From a bacterium (GTDB lineage: Bacteria; Patescibacteriota; Patescibacteriia; Patescibacteriales; Patescibacteriaceae): a stretch of 33,601 nt of DNA. Positions 8,594 to 16,243 of this stretch are shown here, piece by piece (within the stretch, counting starts at the first letter, position 1; each line of letters starts with the position of its first letter). The position numbers and the translations under genes are program-made. Where the stretch lies: assembly GCA_021818075.1 (NCBI GenBank), contig JAKAFD010000001.1, forward strand, positions 1 to 33,601, in the 5' to 3' direction. The notes beneath the pieces are model-generated. The model was given only the letters and a program-made list of their open reading frames with translations, was not told the DNA's origin and searched no databases.

Positions 8594-8659
8594 AAGATAT
8601 TCATTTTTAATAGAAAATAATTGTTTGGTACAATAACACAGTTTTTAAAAAATCGCAAC

Positions 8660-10135
8660 TTAACTTTTAGCCTTTAGCCAGCAGGCGGTAAGCATTACTA
8701 TCCCCAGTCCTAGCGGATGATTTAAATAGGGCGTAAAAACATTAACCACTATCAAGGCGGTAATAATCATAACCAAACCGATGCCGTTCGGCGAATTCAG
8801 GCGCCAGGCATCGCGGATTAAATTCAGCAAAAATAATAAATAAATTAAAGCGCCGACTAAACTTAATTTCAGCCATAAATCCAACCAGCCCCATTCAAAA
8901 GCATAAGTTTCGTAAAGACCGTCGGGGTGCGTGGCCAAAACGCGCGGGTCGCTGGATTTATAAATTACGGTTGTGCCAAAGCCGCGCCCCAAAACCGGCG
9001 ACTCGCCGATTTTTTGCCAGAGCTTGGGCAAGAGCGCCCAGCGCGACGACACTGCCGCCTCATTTAAATTACTTCTTTGGCTTAACATATTCCAAGCCCC
9101 GAAGCCGGGCAGTTTAACTAAGGTGGTCATAAGCAATAAGCTGGCGATAACGCTGGCCGCAAACAATCCGATAAACTTAAACCAAACGCGCCACGGCAGT
9201 TTGGTTTTTAATAAATAAATTATTAAGCTGGCCAGCGCCGCCGCCAGCCCCACCCAAAAACTGCGCGATTGAGTGATGATAATAACCGTCAGCCCGGCAG
9301 TTACCAGCCACCATTTTAACCAAATCCCCTGTTTGTTTTTAATCGCCGCTGCCATTAAAGGCATTAGCAAACAAACAGCCAATAAGACATAAATATGCGA
9401 CTGGAAAAAAATTCGTACAAAATCCGAGCTCATACTCGTCACCTCGCCCACGCCCGTCACGCGCAGCCAGCGATATAGCCCCAAGTTTTGCCAATCGGCA
9501 AGGTGCGAAAAAAATGCCAGTGCCGCCAAAGTTTCCACGCTAAGCCAAACGACCGCGGCCGCCAGCAGCCGCACTAAATCTTGCCAATTATTTTCCCTCT
9601 CCTTGCGAAGGAGAGGGTCAGGGTGAGGTCCACCTTTTCCAAACACTTGCGCCAAGGGAAAAATCAGTGCCAAATAAAACCAGCTGTTGGCGTCTAAAAC
9701 TATGTTGGCAAAATTATTATGATTAACATAGCCGACCACTAAACCCAGCGCGACAAAGGCAAACAAAAGATAAAAATATTTGCCGTAAGGCAGGGCCAGA
9801 ACCGGCTTTATTTTTTTGGTTTTGATGATTTTAATAATCGTCTGCGCCAGCCAAACCCACAAAATAATCAGCCACAAAGCCATGCGGATAGAAATATCAA
9901 CGCCTCTGACTTCCCAAGTAAATAAATGTCCGAACGAGCCGATAAACAATTCAGCGAACGCCAGCAGTAAGCCGTATTTTATGTCCACAACCGACAACAC
10001 CAGCGCCGCCGCGGCGATAACAAAAAAACCGATGGTGTTAACAACCGGCCAGACAAATCCAAAATAAGACGCAAGTTCAACGCCCAGAATTGCCGCCAAA
10101 ATCAGCCAAAACTTTTTATCAAAAATATTTTTCAT
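8660..10135 (-). CDS. O-antigen ligase/polymerase-like (Wzy_C-type) polytopic membrane protein
   Basis: 491 aa, about 10-12 hydrophobic helices, adjacent to GT2 and GT4 genes; family call is from architecture only. Confidence 0.5.
   Translation of the reverse strand: MKNIFDKKFWLILAAILGVELASYFGFVWPVVNTIGFFVIAAAALVLSVVDIKYGLLLAFAELFIGSFGHLFTWEVRGVDISIRMALWLIILWVWLAQTIIKIIKTKKIKPVLALPYGKYFYLLFAFVALGLVVGYVNHNNFANIVLDANSWFYLALIFPLAQVFGKGGPHPDPLLRKERENNWQDLVRLLAAAVVWLSVETLAALAFFSHLADWQNLGLYRWLRVTGVGEVTSMSSDFVRIFFQSHIYVLLAVCLLMPLMAAAIKNKQGIWLKWWLVTAGLTVIIITQSRSFWVGLAAALASLIIYLLKTKLPWRVWFKFIGLFAASVIASLLLMTTLVKLPGFGAWNMLSQRSNLNEAAVSSRWALLPKLWQKIGESPVLGRGFGTTVIYKSSDPRVLATHPDGLYETYAFEWGWLDLWLKLSLVGALIYLLFLLNLIRDAWRLNSPNGIGLVMIITALIVVNVFTPYLNHPLGLGIVMLTACWLKAKS
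9595..9628 (-). repeat. GC-rich hairpin repeat (family 2), in frame inside the membrane-protein CDS
   Basis: CCCTCTCC-ttgcgaa-GGAGAGGG plus TCAGGGTGAGG; its reverse complement matches 23526-23557; encodes PHPDPLLRKER. Confidence 0.75.
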
Positions 10136-10170
10136 ACTTTCCCCCCTCCTAATTTAGGAGAGGGAGACGA

Positions 10171-10920
10171 TTATAAATTATGTTTTTTCTTGATTACTTC
10201 CACAGCGGCGTTGTATTTTTTCACCGCCGGCAACCAAGGCAATAATTTATAAATAAAGCTCGGCAGCCAAGCACTCATCGTGCCACCGCCCGCGACGCGA
10301 AATAAAATCATATCAATCCACACTCCCTTTTTACCTTGCGCGAGCATGGTCAGCCACAAATCCCAATCCTGCAAGCGCTTAATTTTTTCGTCAAAGCCGG
10401 GCCAATCTTTGGTTCTAATTAACGAAGTCGTATGAATATACGGCATTTGTTTTAATTTGTCCGCGTCAAAAGGAAACAAGTGAAAAGTTTTCCAGCCGAA
10501 TTTGAAAGACGAATAAGCATAAGCGGCCTCCGGGTTTTCCTTGAGCGCATCAGTAAAATATTCCAGCGCTTGTTTATCCAAAACAATATCCGCGTCGCAA
10601 AACAGCAGATACTCCCCCGTCGCCTCGCGCGCGCCGCGATTGCGCGCCGCATTGGCCCCGCCGTTAGCTTGGGTAATAAATTTAAAATTCGCCAGTTCAA
10701 CTTTTTCCAGTTCCGGATTTTCCGAAGCCAGGCGCGATTCCGGCAAAGCCAGCACCGCCAACTGTTTGGTAAAATCCGCTATCACCTCTTTAAGGTTATC
10801 CCGCGAGCCGTCATTAACCACGATTATTTCATAATCGGTAAAAGTTTGATTTAAAATGCTCGCCAAACACTTGGCCAACTTCTCAGCTTGATTATAAACA
10901 GGAATAATTATAGAAATCAT
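10171..10920 (-). CDS. Family 2 glycosyltransferase (start moved to MISIIIPVYN)
   Basis: IIIPVYNQ...NQTFTDYEIIVVNDGSRDN and CDAD motifs; the first 11 codons of the track ORF translate a hairpin repeat. Confidence 0.85.
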   Translation of the reverse strand: MISIIIPVYNQAEKLAKCLASILNQTFTDYEIIVVNDGSRDNLKEVIADFTKQLAVLALPESRLASENPELEKVELANFKFITQANGGANAARNRGAREATGEYLLFCDADIVLDKQALEYFTDALKENPEAAYAYSSFKFGWKTFHLFPFDADKLKQMPYIHTTSLIRTKDWPGFDEKIKRLQDWDLWLTMLAQGKKGVWIDMILFRVAGGGTMSAWLPSFIYKLLPWLPAVKKYNAAVEVIKKKHNL

Positions 10921-10930
10921 ATTCTCTTTC

Positions 10931-10954
10931 GTCATGCCAGCGAAAGCTGGCATC
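10931..10954. repeat. Short GC-rich hairpin unit between GT4 and GT2
   Basis: GTCATGCCAGC-gaaa-GCTGGCATC, 8-bp stem with a GAAA loop; termini resemble family 1 (AGATGC...GCATGAC). Confidence 0.6.
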
Positions 10955-10955
10955 T

Positions 10956-12041
10956 TTAACTTTTTAGAAAATCGAAGATTTTCTTAGCCTGTCCTTCCCA
11001 ATTAAAATTTTCCAGGGCGCGCTGGCGACCGGCATCGCCCAAACGATTTCTCAAGGACGGATACTTGGCCAGCTTCACTATCGCTTCGGCGATTTGCTCG
11101 GGATTGGTCGGGTCAACCAAGAGGCCGTTGATGTTGTCGGCCACGGCGTCAGCCACTCCGCCGCTCGCTCCGGCGATGACCGGTTTGCCGGCTAAACCGG
11201 CTTCCAGATAAACAATACCAAAGCCCTCCATATCGGCGCCGATTTGGCACGCCGTCATAATAAAGATATCACAAAGCTTGTACCAATTCATCTTTTCCTC
11301 GTCCTCAACCCCGGTTAAAATATGGGTTTGGCGGCCAAGCCCTAAATTGCCTATTTTAGACCTTAAATTGGCCTCCTCCTCTCCTTGCCCAATAATGACA
11401 AAAGCGAGCTCTGGGAGGCTATTTTTGGCCAAATTTAGGGCCTCCAAGGCCATATCAGCCCCTTTGCGCTTAGTTAGCCGTCCAACGGTCAAAAGGACGG
11501 TTTTTCCGGCCAAATTATAGCGTCTTTTCAGGGCCTCAATTTTGGCCTCGTCATAGACAATAGTTCCGCCCTCAATACCCGGATTAACGCAGGCTACCCT
11601 GCCTAAATCAGCCGTGGCCACGATTTTTTTGGCTTGACTGGCGGTATAGGTATTAGCGCAGATAATCTTGTCGGCTTTGTTTAAAATAGCCTTAATCAGC
11701 CAGCGCTTGCGGGTTTGCGACCAGCCCAAGCTTAAATCATAGCCGTGCAGAAAGACGCAATATTTGAATTTATAAATAAAAGACAAGAGCCAGGCCACGG
11801 TGCCGAGCGGCAAAAGATGTCCGACCAAGACATAATTGTCGGGATTCTTTTTTAATTCAGATTTCAAAACCCCAACCGCCGGCCACCATTTCAACCATGT
11901 TCTTTTTTTATCAACCAGTTTCCCGTCATTATTATCAATCACCTTAATCGGTTCGCCGAAATTTTTAACCAAATTAAAATAATAATGGCCAACGCCACCC
12001 TTAAACGGCGGATATTCCAAAGTGAGCAATAGATACCTCAT
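10956..12041 (-). CDS. Family 4 (GT-B, Glycos_transf_1) glycosyltransferase
   Basis: 361 aa; EGFGIVYLEAGLAGKPVIAGASGGVADAV signature. Confidence 0.85.
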   Translation of the reverse strand: MRYLLLTLEYPPFKGGVGHYYFNLVKNFGEPIKVIDNNDGKLVDKKRTWLKWWPAVGVLKSELKKNPDNYVLVGHLLPLGTVAWLLSFIYKFKYCVFLHGYDLSLGWSQTRKRWLIKAILNKADKIICANTYTASQAKKIVATADLGRVACVNPGIEGGTIVYDEAKIEALKRRYNLAGKTVLLTVGRLTKRKGADMALEALNLAKNSLPELAFVIIGQGEEEANLRSKIGNLGLGRQTHILTGVEDEEKMNWYKLCDIFIMTACQIGADMEGFGIVYLEAGLAGKPVIAGASGGVADAVADNINGLLVDPTNPEQIAEAIVKLAKYPSLRNRLGDAGRQRALENFNWEGQAKKIFDFLKS

Positions 12042-12047
12042 AGTTCC

Positions 12048-12076
12048 TTGACAATTACCTTAAATAGTGTAATCTT
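12048..12076 (+). promoter_or_regulatory. Possible promoter for 12157-12504
   Basis: TTGACA (12048-12053), about 16 nt, TAATCT. Confidence 0.35.
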
Positions 12077-12156
12077 ATGCAAAAGTTCTTTTCAAACGAA
12101 TTCTAATTAATATTATATACATTTTCAACTATTTTTGTAATTTTATCGGGGGTATT

Positions 12157-12504
12157 ATGGCACGTGCTGAATTGGAATTTGAAGTATTGAAAGATGAGAC
12201 AGGCAGCATTAATGGTTTTAGTTTGTGCTCAAAAGCGCAAGCCGAAGCTGAATTTTTTTGTATGGATTTTCCAGATGCGGTAGCGGAAGGAAGAGCGACT
12301 ATAACACTTAATGAGGGCCAAATAATTTTTGACCACCCGAATTCCAAGTGGGGCCCCGGCAAATATGAGTTTGCTTTAAGCCCCGAGGAATATAAGGGTC
12401 TTGTTCTTGTTCTTCAAAATCCGGAAGACATTACCGTTGAAAGAATAATCGGATTTTCAATTGGATTCAAAGTAATACAAAAAGAATTTGCCACGGCATT
12501 TTAA
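12157..12504 (+). CDS. Hypothetical protein, 115 aa
   Basis: ORF track; CGGGGG SD; isolated plus-strand gene ending at a bidirectional terminator. Confidence 0.55.
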   Translation: MARAELEFEVLKDETGSINGFSLCSKAQAEAEFFCMDFPDAVAEGRATITLNEGQIIFDHPNSKWGPGKYEFALSPEEYKGLVLVLQNPEDITVERIIGFSIGFKVIQKEFATAF

Positions 12505-12526
12505 TTTTAATTGTTCTATTTCATAG

Positions 12527-12553
12527 CTCCAAGATTATTCTTGGAGTTTTTTA
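12527..12553. terminator. Bidirectional intrinsic terminator between convergent genes
   Basis: CTCCAAGA-ttat-TCTTGGAG followed by a T-run. Confidence 0.7.
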
Positions 12554-13144
12554 TTTAATAATCTTCACATCAGCCGGCAGACTTTTTTTGATAATCGCCA
12601 AATCCTGCTCGGCATAATTATTGCCGGACAAATTAAGCGTTTTCAGATTTTTCAAGTTGCCCAGTTCATAAGGCAGGCCGGTCAGTTGGTTGTTGGCCAA
12701 ATTAAGTACCTCTAATTTGGAGAGCTGGCCGACTTCGGCGGGCACGCCCGTCATTTGATTGTTGCTGGCATTCAAAACACGCAAATTGGCCAGTTTCCTG
12801 ATTTCGGCCTGCAACGCTCCGGTCAATTTATTATTGGACACATTTAATTCAGTCAAATTGGTCTGGTTAAAAACCGAATCTGGCACCTTACTTAAGTTTT
12901 GCCCGCTTAAATTTAAAACATTGCCGCCGGTCGGTTTGGCCGCCGGGCAGGCTTCAAATTCGCAGTTCGGGCCTTTGCGGCCGACTGCCGTGCCGTCAGG
13001 ACAAATCTTGGCTTCCAGCGTGCAGGCCGTTTGCTTGCCCGTGTCCGGCGTCGCTGGCGGCGCTTGCTTGGTAATTTGCATGTTACCGATGGTGCACCCG
13101 CCTAATAAAATCACAGCGGGAATGATTAAAAATATTTTTTTCAT
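12551..13144 (-). CDS. Leucine-rich-repeat lipoprotein
   Basis: Lipobox LLGGC; Cys-containing linker; at least 5 tandem repeats of about 23 aa (LxxLxLxxNxLTGxxP). Confidence 0.8.
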   Translation of the reverse strand: MKKIFLIIPAVILLGGCTIGNMQITKQAPPATPDTGKQTACTLEAKICPDGTAVGRKGPNCEFEACPAAKPTGGNVLNLSGQNLSKVPDSVFNQTNLTELNVSNNKLTGALQAEIRKLANLRVLNASNNQMTGVPAEVGQLSKLEVLNLANNQLTGLPYELGNLKNLKTLNLSGNNYAEQDLAIIKKSLPADVKIIK

Positions 13145-13165
13145 AAAATTAACTTAATTTAATTA

Positions 13166-13624
13166 TTAAAATTTTATAAAACTGGCAATGGTTAGAATAA
13201 CGCCCGCGCCCAAGAGACAGCCGGCCATTTTCCCTACGGCCGATTTTAGCATGGTTCTTTTTTCCGAAACATTTTGCAAGCGCAATTTTTCGGCCGCATA
13301 ACCCTCAAATAATCCGGCGATGCCGTCAGTGACGGCGTTGCCAGCGATGCCGCCGATAATAGCGCCGGCCACGCCGGCAAAACGAGCACCGAAAATGGCA
13401 AAAATAGCTAAAGAGCCATTATCCAAAACGCCAAAAAAGATATCCGGCAAAGTAGTTCTCAATTTTATCTTAAAAAATTTCAGGGACAGCAGGCAAATTA
13501 TGCCGATAATAATCATGGCCGGCCCCATCCAAGTGGCCTTATCAATAAAAAAGACGCTAACGCCCACTATTACAATACACAGTGCGACGATATTTATTAC
13601 TGACGGGATAAATTTTGGGCGCAT
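13166..13624 (-). CDS. Hypothetical polytopic membrane protein with a Gly-zipper segment
   Basis: ORF track; 4 hydrophobic segments; GVAGAIIGGIAGNAVTDGIAG. Confidence 0.55.
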   Translation of the reverse strand: MRPKFIPSVINIVALCIVIVGVSVFFIDKATWMGPAMIIIGIICLLSLKFFKIKLRTTLPDIFFGVLDNGSLAIFAIFGARFAGVAGAIIGGIAGNAVTDGIAGLFEGYAAEKLRLQNVSEKRTMLKSAVGKMAGCLLGAGVILTIASFIKF

Positions 13625-13643
13625 AGCTTTATTCTGATTAAGA

Positions 13644-13892
13644 TTAACGGGGTGAATTATTTTTTAATTTTTTAATAATATCAATCAGAGCCAAGACTCC
13701 GCCCACGGCCATCAAGCTGTAGCCCGCGGTGCGCATTTCGCCGAAGATAATGCCGGCAAAAATGAAAGCAAAGGCCAGCGCGGACAAGACGGTCATCTTT
13801 TCATTTGATTTTTTGCTTTTGCGCAAAATAATTACGGCGATAATTGCCAAAACAACAATGGCGATAGCGATGTAAAGTTTTGGTAAATTCAT
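13644..13892 (-). CDS. Small 2-3 TM membrane protein, 82 aa
   Basis: ORF track; its start overlaps the stop of the upstream gene by 4 nt. Confidence 0.5.
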   Translation of the reverse strand: MNLPKLYIAIAIVVLAIIAVIILRKSKKSNEKMTVLSALAFAFIFAGIIFGEMRTAGYSLMAVGGVLALIDIIKKLKNNSPR

Positions 13893-14380
13893 ATGTTTTT
13901 GTTAGGTTGTAATTGTTTTAACCGCTTGGCTTCGGGGTAAATCATAGACAGGATAATTAAATCATAAATCGTCACGAGGAGCAACGCCAAGGAGTGCGTG
14001 TGGGTAATGCGGTAAATCTGGTAGCTGATGAAAGCGGCCAGCACGATGCCGGCGATTTGATACAGGCGGTAATGTTTGCTAAGTAGCGCCAGCGCCAAGC
14101 TGATTTTGACCAAGCCGTGGATTAAGAGATAAATGGCGATGAAAGTCAGAGTTTCGGGCAGGACTTTTTGCGAAGCGCCAATCAGGTAGTTAGCGATAAA
14201 GTCCTCGGGGTCTTCAATTAGTTCGCGGCGAAACAAAAACGGCAGGGCCGTGGCAATGGGGTTTGTGGCGCTAAACAGCAAAAACGAACCGGAAGCCACA
14301 TCCAGCACGCCGTCCGCGCCCTTGATAATGACGCTGACGCGGAAAAATCTATGCCAAAATAGTTTAATTTTCTCTTTCAT
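13889..14380 (-). CDS. DUF2127-like membrane protein
   Basis: 163 aa; IIKGADGVLDVASG..., ELIEDPEDF and YLLIHGLVK patterns as I recall them from DUF2127. Confidence 0.45.
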   Translation of the reverse strand: MKEKIKLFWHRFFRVSVIIKGADGVLDVASGSFLLFSATNPIATALPFLFRRELIEDPEDFIANYLIGASQKVLPETLTFIAIYLLIHGLVKISLALALLSKHYRLYQIAGIVLAAFISYQIYRITHTHSLALLLVTIYDLIILSMIYPEAKRLKQLQPNKNI

Positions 14381-14388
14381 TTTATTTT

Positions 14389-14418
14389 TATCCTTAAATA
14401 CTCCAGTATTTAAGGATA
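14389..14418. promoter_or_regulatory. Perfect 14+14 bp palindrome upstream of the DUF2127-like gene
   Basis: TATCCTTAAATACT-cc-AGTATTTAAGGATA. Confidence 0.4.
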
Positions 14419-14486
14419 AGTAAAGTTTGACTTTTTTAGCGACTTGATATAAATTATAAAAACCTAAATAGTACTTTTGAATACAC

Positions 14487-14619
14487 TGTCCCTTAGCTCA
14501 GGTGGTCAGAGCACCAGGATGCGGAAGTCGTATGATAGTTTTTTAATACTAGTTAATGGAAAATTGTTGTTTTCCGCTTACGAACTTGGAGGTCGGGGGT
14601 CCGAATCCCTCAGGGGCAA
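14487..14619 (+). tRNA. tRNA-Arg-like gene (anticodon ACG or GCG) interrupted by a 59-nt insertion in the anticodon loop
   Basis: Hand-folded cloverleaf: acceptor TGTCCCT/AGGGGCA, D arm GCTC-AGGTGGTCA-GAGC, anticodon stem CCAGG/CTTGG separated by 66 nt, variable loop AGGTC, T arm GGGGG-TCCGAAT-CCCTC. Confidence 0.65.
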
Positions 14620-14630
14620 TCATTTTACAT

Positions 14631-14659
14631 GCCATCGTTAATCAACGATGGCTTTTTTA
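14631..14659. terminator. Intrinsic terminator after the tRNA; overlaps the 3' end of the HIT gene
   Basis: GCCATCGTT-aatc-AACGATGGC followed by TTTTTT. Confidence 0.7.
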
Positions 14660-15108
14660 TTCAAGAACCGTTTTAATTTTTGCGTGGCCCTCTCAACTTT
14701 CATTATATCACCTTTTGTTTTAAATTTTTTCTTGGCGTAATTTATAATTGGTCTGACTGATTCTATTTTCTTGCCAAATTTATTCATCCAGCCGTAGCGT
14801 GGTAATAAACAAATATGAAAATGGTGCTCGGTGTCCTCTCGGTGATATAAATAAATAACTTTAACGCCGAGCGCGCGTCGCATAGCCAGCCGCACGCGGC
14901 ATAAAAATTTTATAAAATCTTGCTGCTCGCGGTCGGTAAATTCAGTAAAACTTTGGATATGCCTTCTGGCGGAAATAATGACCAAACCGGGAATTAGCAC
15001 CAAACAATCTTGGTGGGCATCAAAATATCTTGATTTTGCCATTTCACCCGAAGTTATCTCCCCCGCCTCGCGCGCGCAAGCCAAGCAACTTTTTTTATTT
15101 TTAGTCAC
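14638..15108 (-). CDS. HIT-family nucleotide hydrolase/transferase-like protein
   Basis: N-terminal CLAC (as in the HIT C-x-x-C) and EHHFHICLLPR (H-x-H-x-C variant of the histidine triad). Confidence 0.55.
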   Translation of the reverse strand: MTKNKKSCLACAREAGEITSGEMAKSRYFDAHQDCLVLIPGLVIISARRHIQSFTEFTDREQQDFIKFLCRVRLAMRRALGVKVIYLYHREDTEHHFHICLLPRYGWMNKFGKKIESVRPIINYAKKKFKTKGDIMKVERATQKLKRFLNKKAIVD

Positions 15109-15117
15109 ACTTTTTAT

Positions 15118-15540
15118 TTACAAATTTTGAATATGGGCGCTTAAAAAGGTTTCCACGGCGTTCACTGTGTCTTTTTTAAGTTTGGGATTGCTTTCCGCCA
15201 CCCATTTAGCAAAGTTGTACAGTTCCTGATTGTCAACTTTCAGCCATTTTTTATTTTCATACAAAAAATAAAATAAGGTAACCATCGCAATACGTTTGTT
15301 GCCGTTTTGAAAAGGATGATTTTTTATCATCAAATAAAAAAGAATCGCGGCTTTTTTGATAAGCCCCGGATAAAGCTGTTTACCGTCAAAAGTTTGGAAG
15401 GGCTGGTCAATACATCTTTCTAGGGCATCGCCAAAACGCGTTCTGAAATCAGGAATCGGCTCGGACCAGCTCATAGTTTCTTGCGCCAAGCGGTGAGCTA
15501 CATATTCAACGCCCAAAATGTTGATTCTTTGAATTCTCAT
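15118..15540 (-). CDS. doc: Doc/Fic-family toxin (start moved to MRIQRINIL)
   Basis: HPFQNGNKRIA matches the Doc-type Fic motif H-x-F-x-[DN]-[AG]-N-K-R; its ATG lies 1 nt after the stop of the HTH gene. Confidence 0.75.
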   Translation of the reverse strand: MRIQRINILGVEYVAHRLAQETMSWSEPIPDFRTRFGDALERCIDQPFQTFDGKQLYPGLIKKAAILFYLMIKNHPFQNGNKRIAMVTLFYFLYENKKWLKVDNQELYNFAKWVAESNPKLKKDTVNAVETFLSAHIQNL

Positions 15541-15541
15541 A

Positions 15542-15820
15542 TTATTCTTTGCCCAAGAGACGCAGGGTCTCGCCGTATTCCTTAACGGTTTTTTTGACAG
15601 CCTTAGCAATATCCGTTTTTTGGTCGGCCGTTAAGGGTTGCGTAGCAGAACCGCCGACGATAGCTTCGGCATCCTGCGTGGCGATAACATAAGACCGGCC
15701 GATTTTTTCAGCCGGAATCTGCCCTTTTTGGATGCGCTTAAAAACAGCCACTCGGCTGATACCAAGTTTTTTAGCCATTTCAGCGGCGGAGATGTATAAT
15801 TTTTTTTGTTTATTTTCCAT
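15542..15820 (-). CDS. Helix-turn-helix (excisionase/MerR-like) DNA-binding protein, probable antitoxin
   Basis: LYISAAEMAKKLGISRVAVFKRIQKGQIPAEKIGRSYVI; immediately upstream of the Doc gene. Confidence 0.7.
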   Translation of the reverse strand: MENKQKKLYISAAEMAKKLGISRVAVFKRIQKGQIPAEKIGRSYVIATQDAEAIVGGSATQPLTADQKTDIAKAVKKTVKEYGETLRLLGKE

Positions 15821-15829
15821 AAAATTCTT

Positions 15830-15869
15830 GTTAACCCTATCATATCAATAAGGTTAACAATTGTTAACC
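15830..15869 (-). promoter_or_regulatory. Toxin-antitoxin promoter with palindromic operator
   Basis: Perfect 18-bp palindrome GGTTAACAATTGTTAACC (15852-15869) plus a third GGTTAAC half-site (15830-15837); minus-strand TTAACA-17 nt-TATGAT. Confidence 0.6.
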
Positions 15870-16243
15870 TATTTGTCAAGGGACTGCTTTTTCTTGATGC
15901 GATAGGTGCCGACGAGGAGGGGCAGGAGGAAGGTTATAATATAATACAAATAAACATCCAATTTGTAATAACCGTCAGCGGGCTTGAGGAGTTTGACCAG
16001 GAAAAAGTAGTCGCAGATAACGGCAATCAAGGTCCATGCGATAGCTAAGGTTAGGTAGCGTCTAAACGAACCAACGCTGATGCGTTTGAATAACACCCAA
16101 AGCGTGATAACAATGCCGATAGGCATAATCACCCACCCCAGCGCATTGGCCGGCACGAAGAAAAAAAGAATTATCCCCAGCCCGTAGCCAATGAGCCAAA
16201 GAACAATTCCCCACCCCACAGAATCCTTTAAAATTTGTTTCAT
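15869..16243 (-). CDS. Hypothetical 4-TM membrane protein, 124 aa
   Basis: ORF track; its start overlaps the GNAT stop by 4 nt. Confidence 0.6.
   Translation of the reverse strand: MKQILKDSVGWGIVLWLIGYGLGIILFFFVPANALGWVIMPIGIVITLWVLFKRISVGSFRRYLTLAIAWTLIAVICDYFFLVKLLKPADGYYKLDVYLYYIITFLLPLLVGTYRIKKKQSLDK

Noticed and set aside
10452-10854. ORFs overlapping the GT2 gene (10452-10700 minus, 10480-10854 and 10541-10834 plus)
   Set aside because: They are alternative-frame or antisense products of a gene with clear GT2 motifs, and their R-rich composition is typical of GC-rich off-frames.
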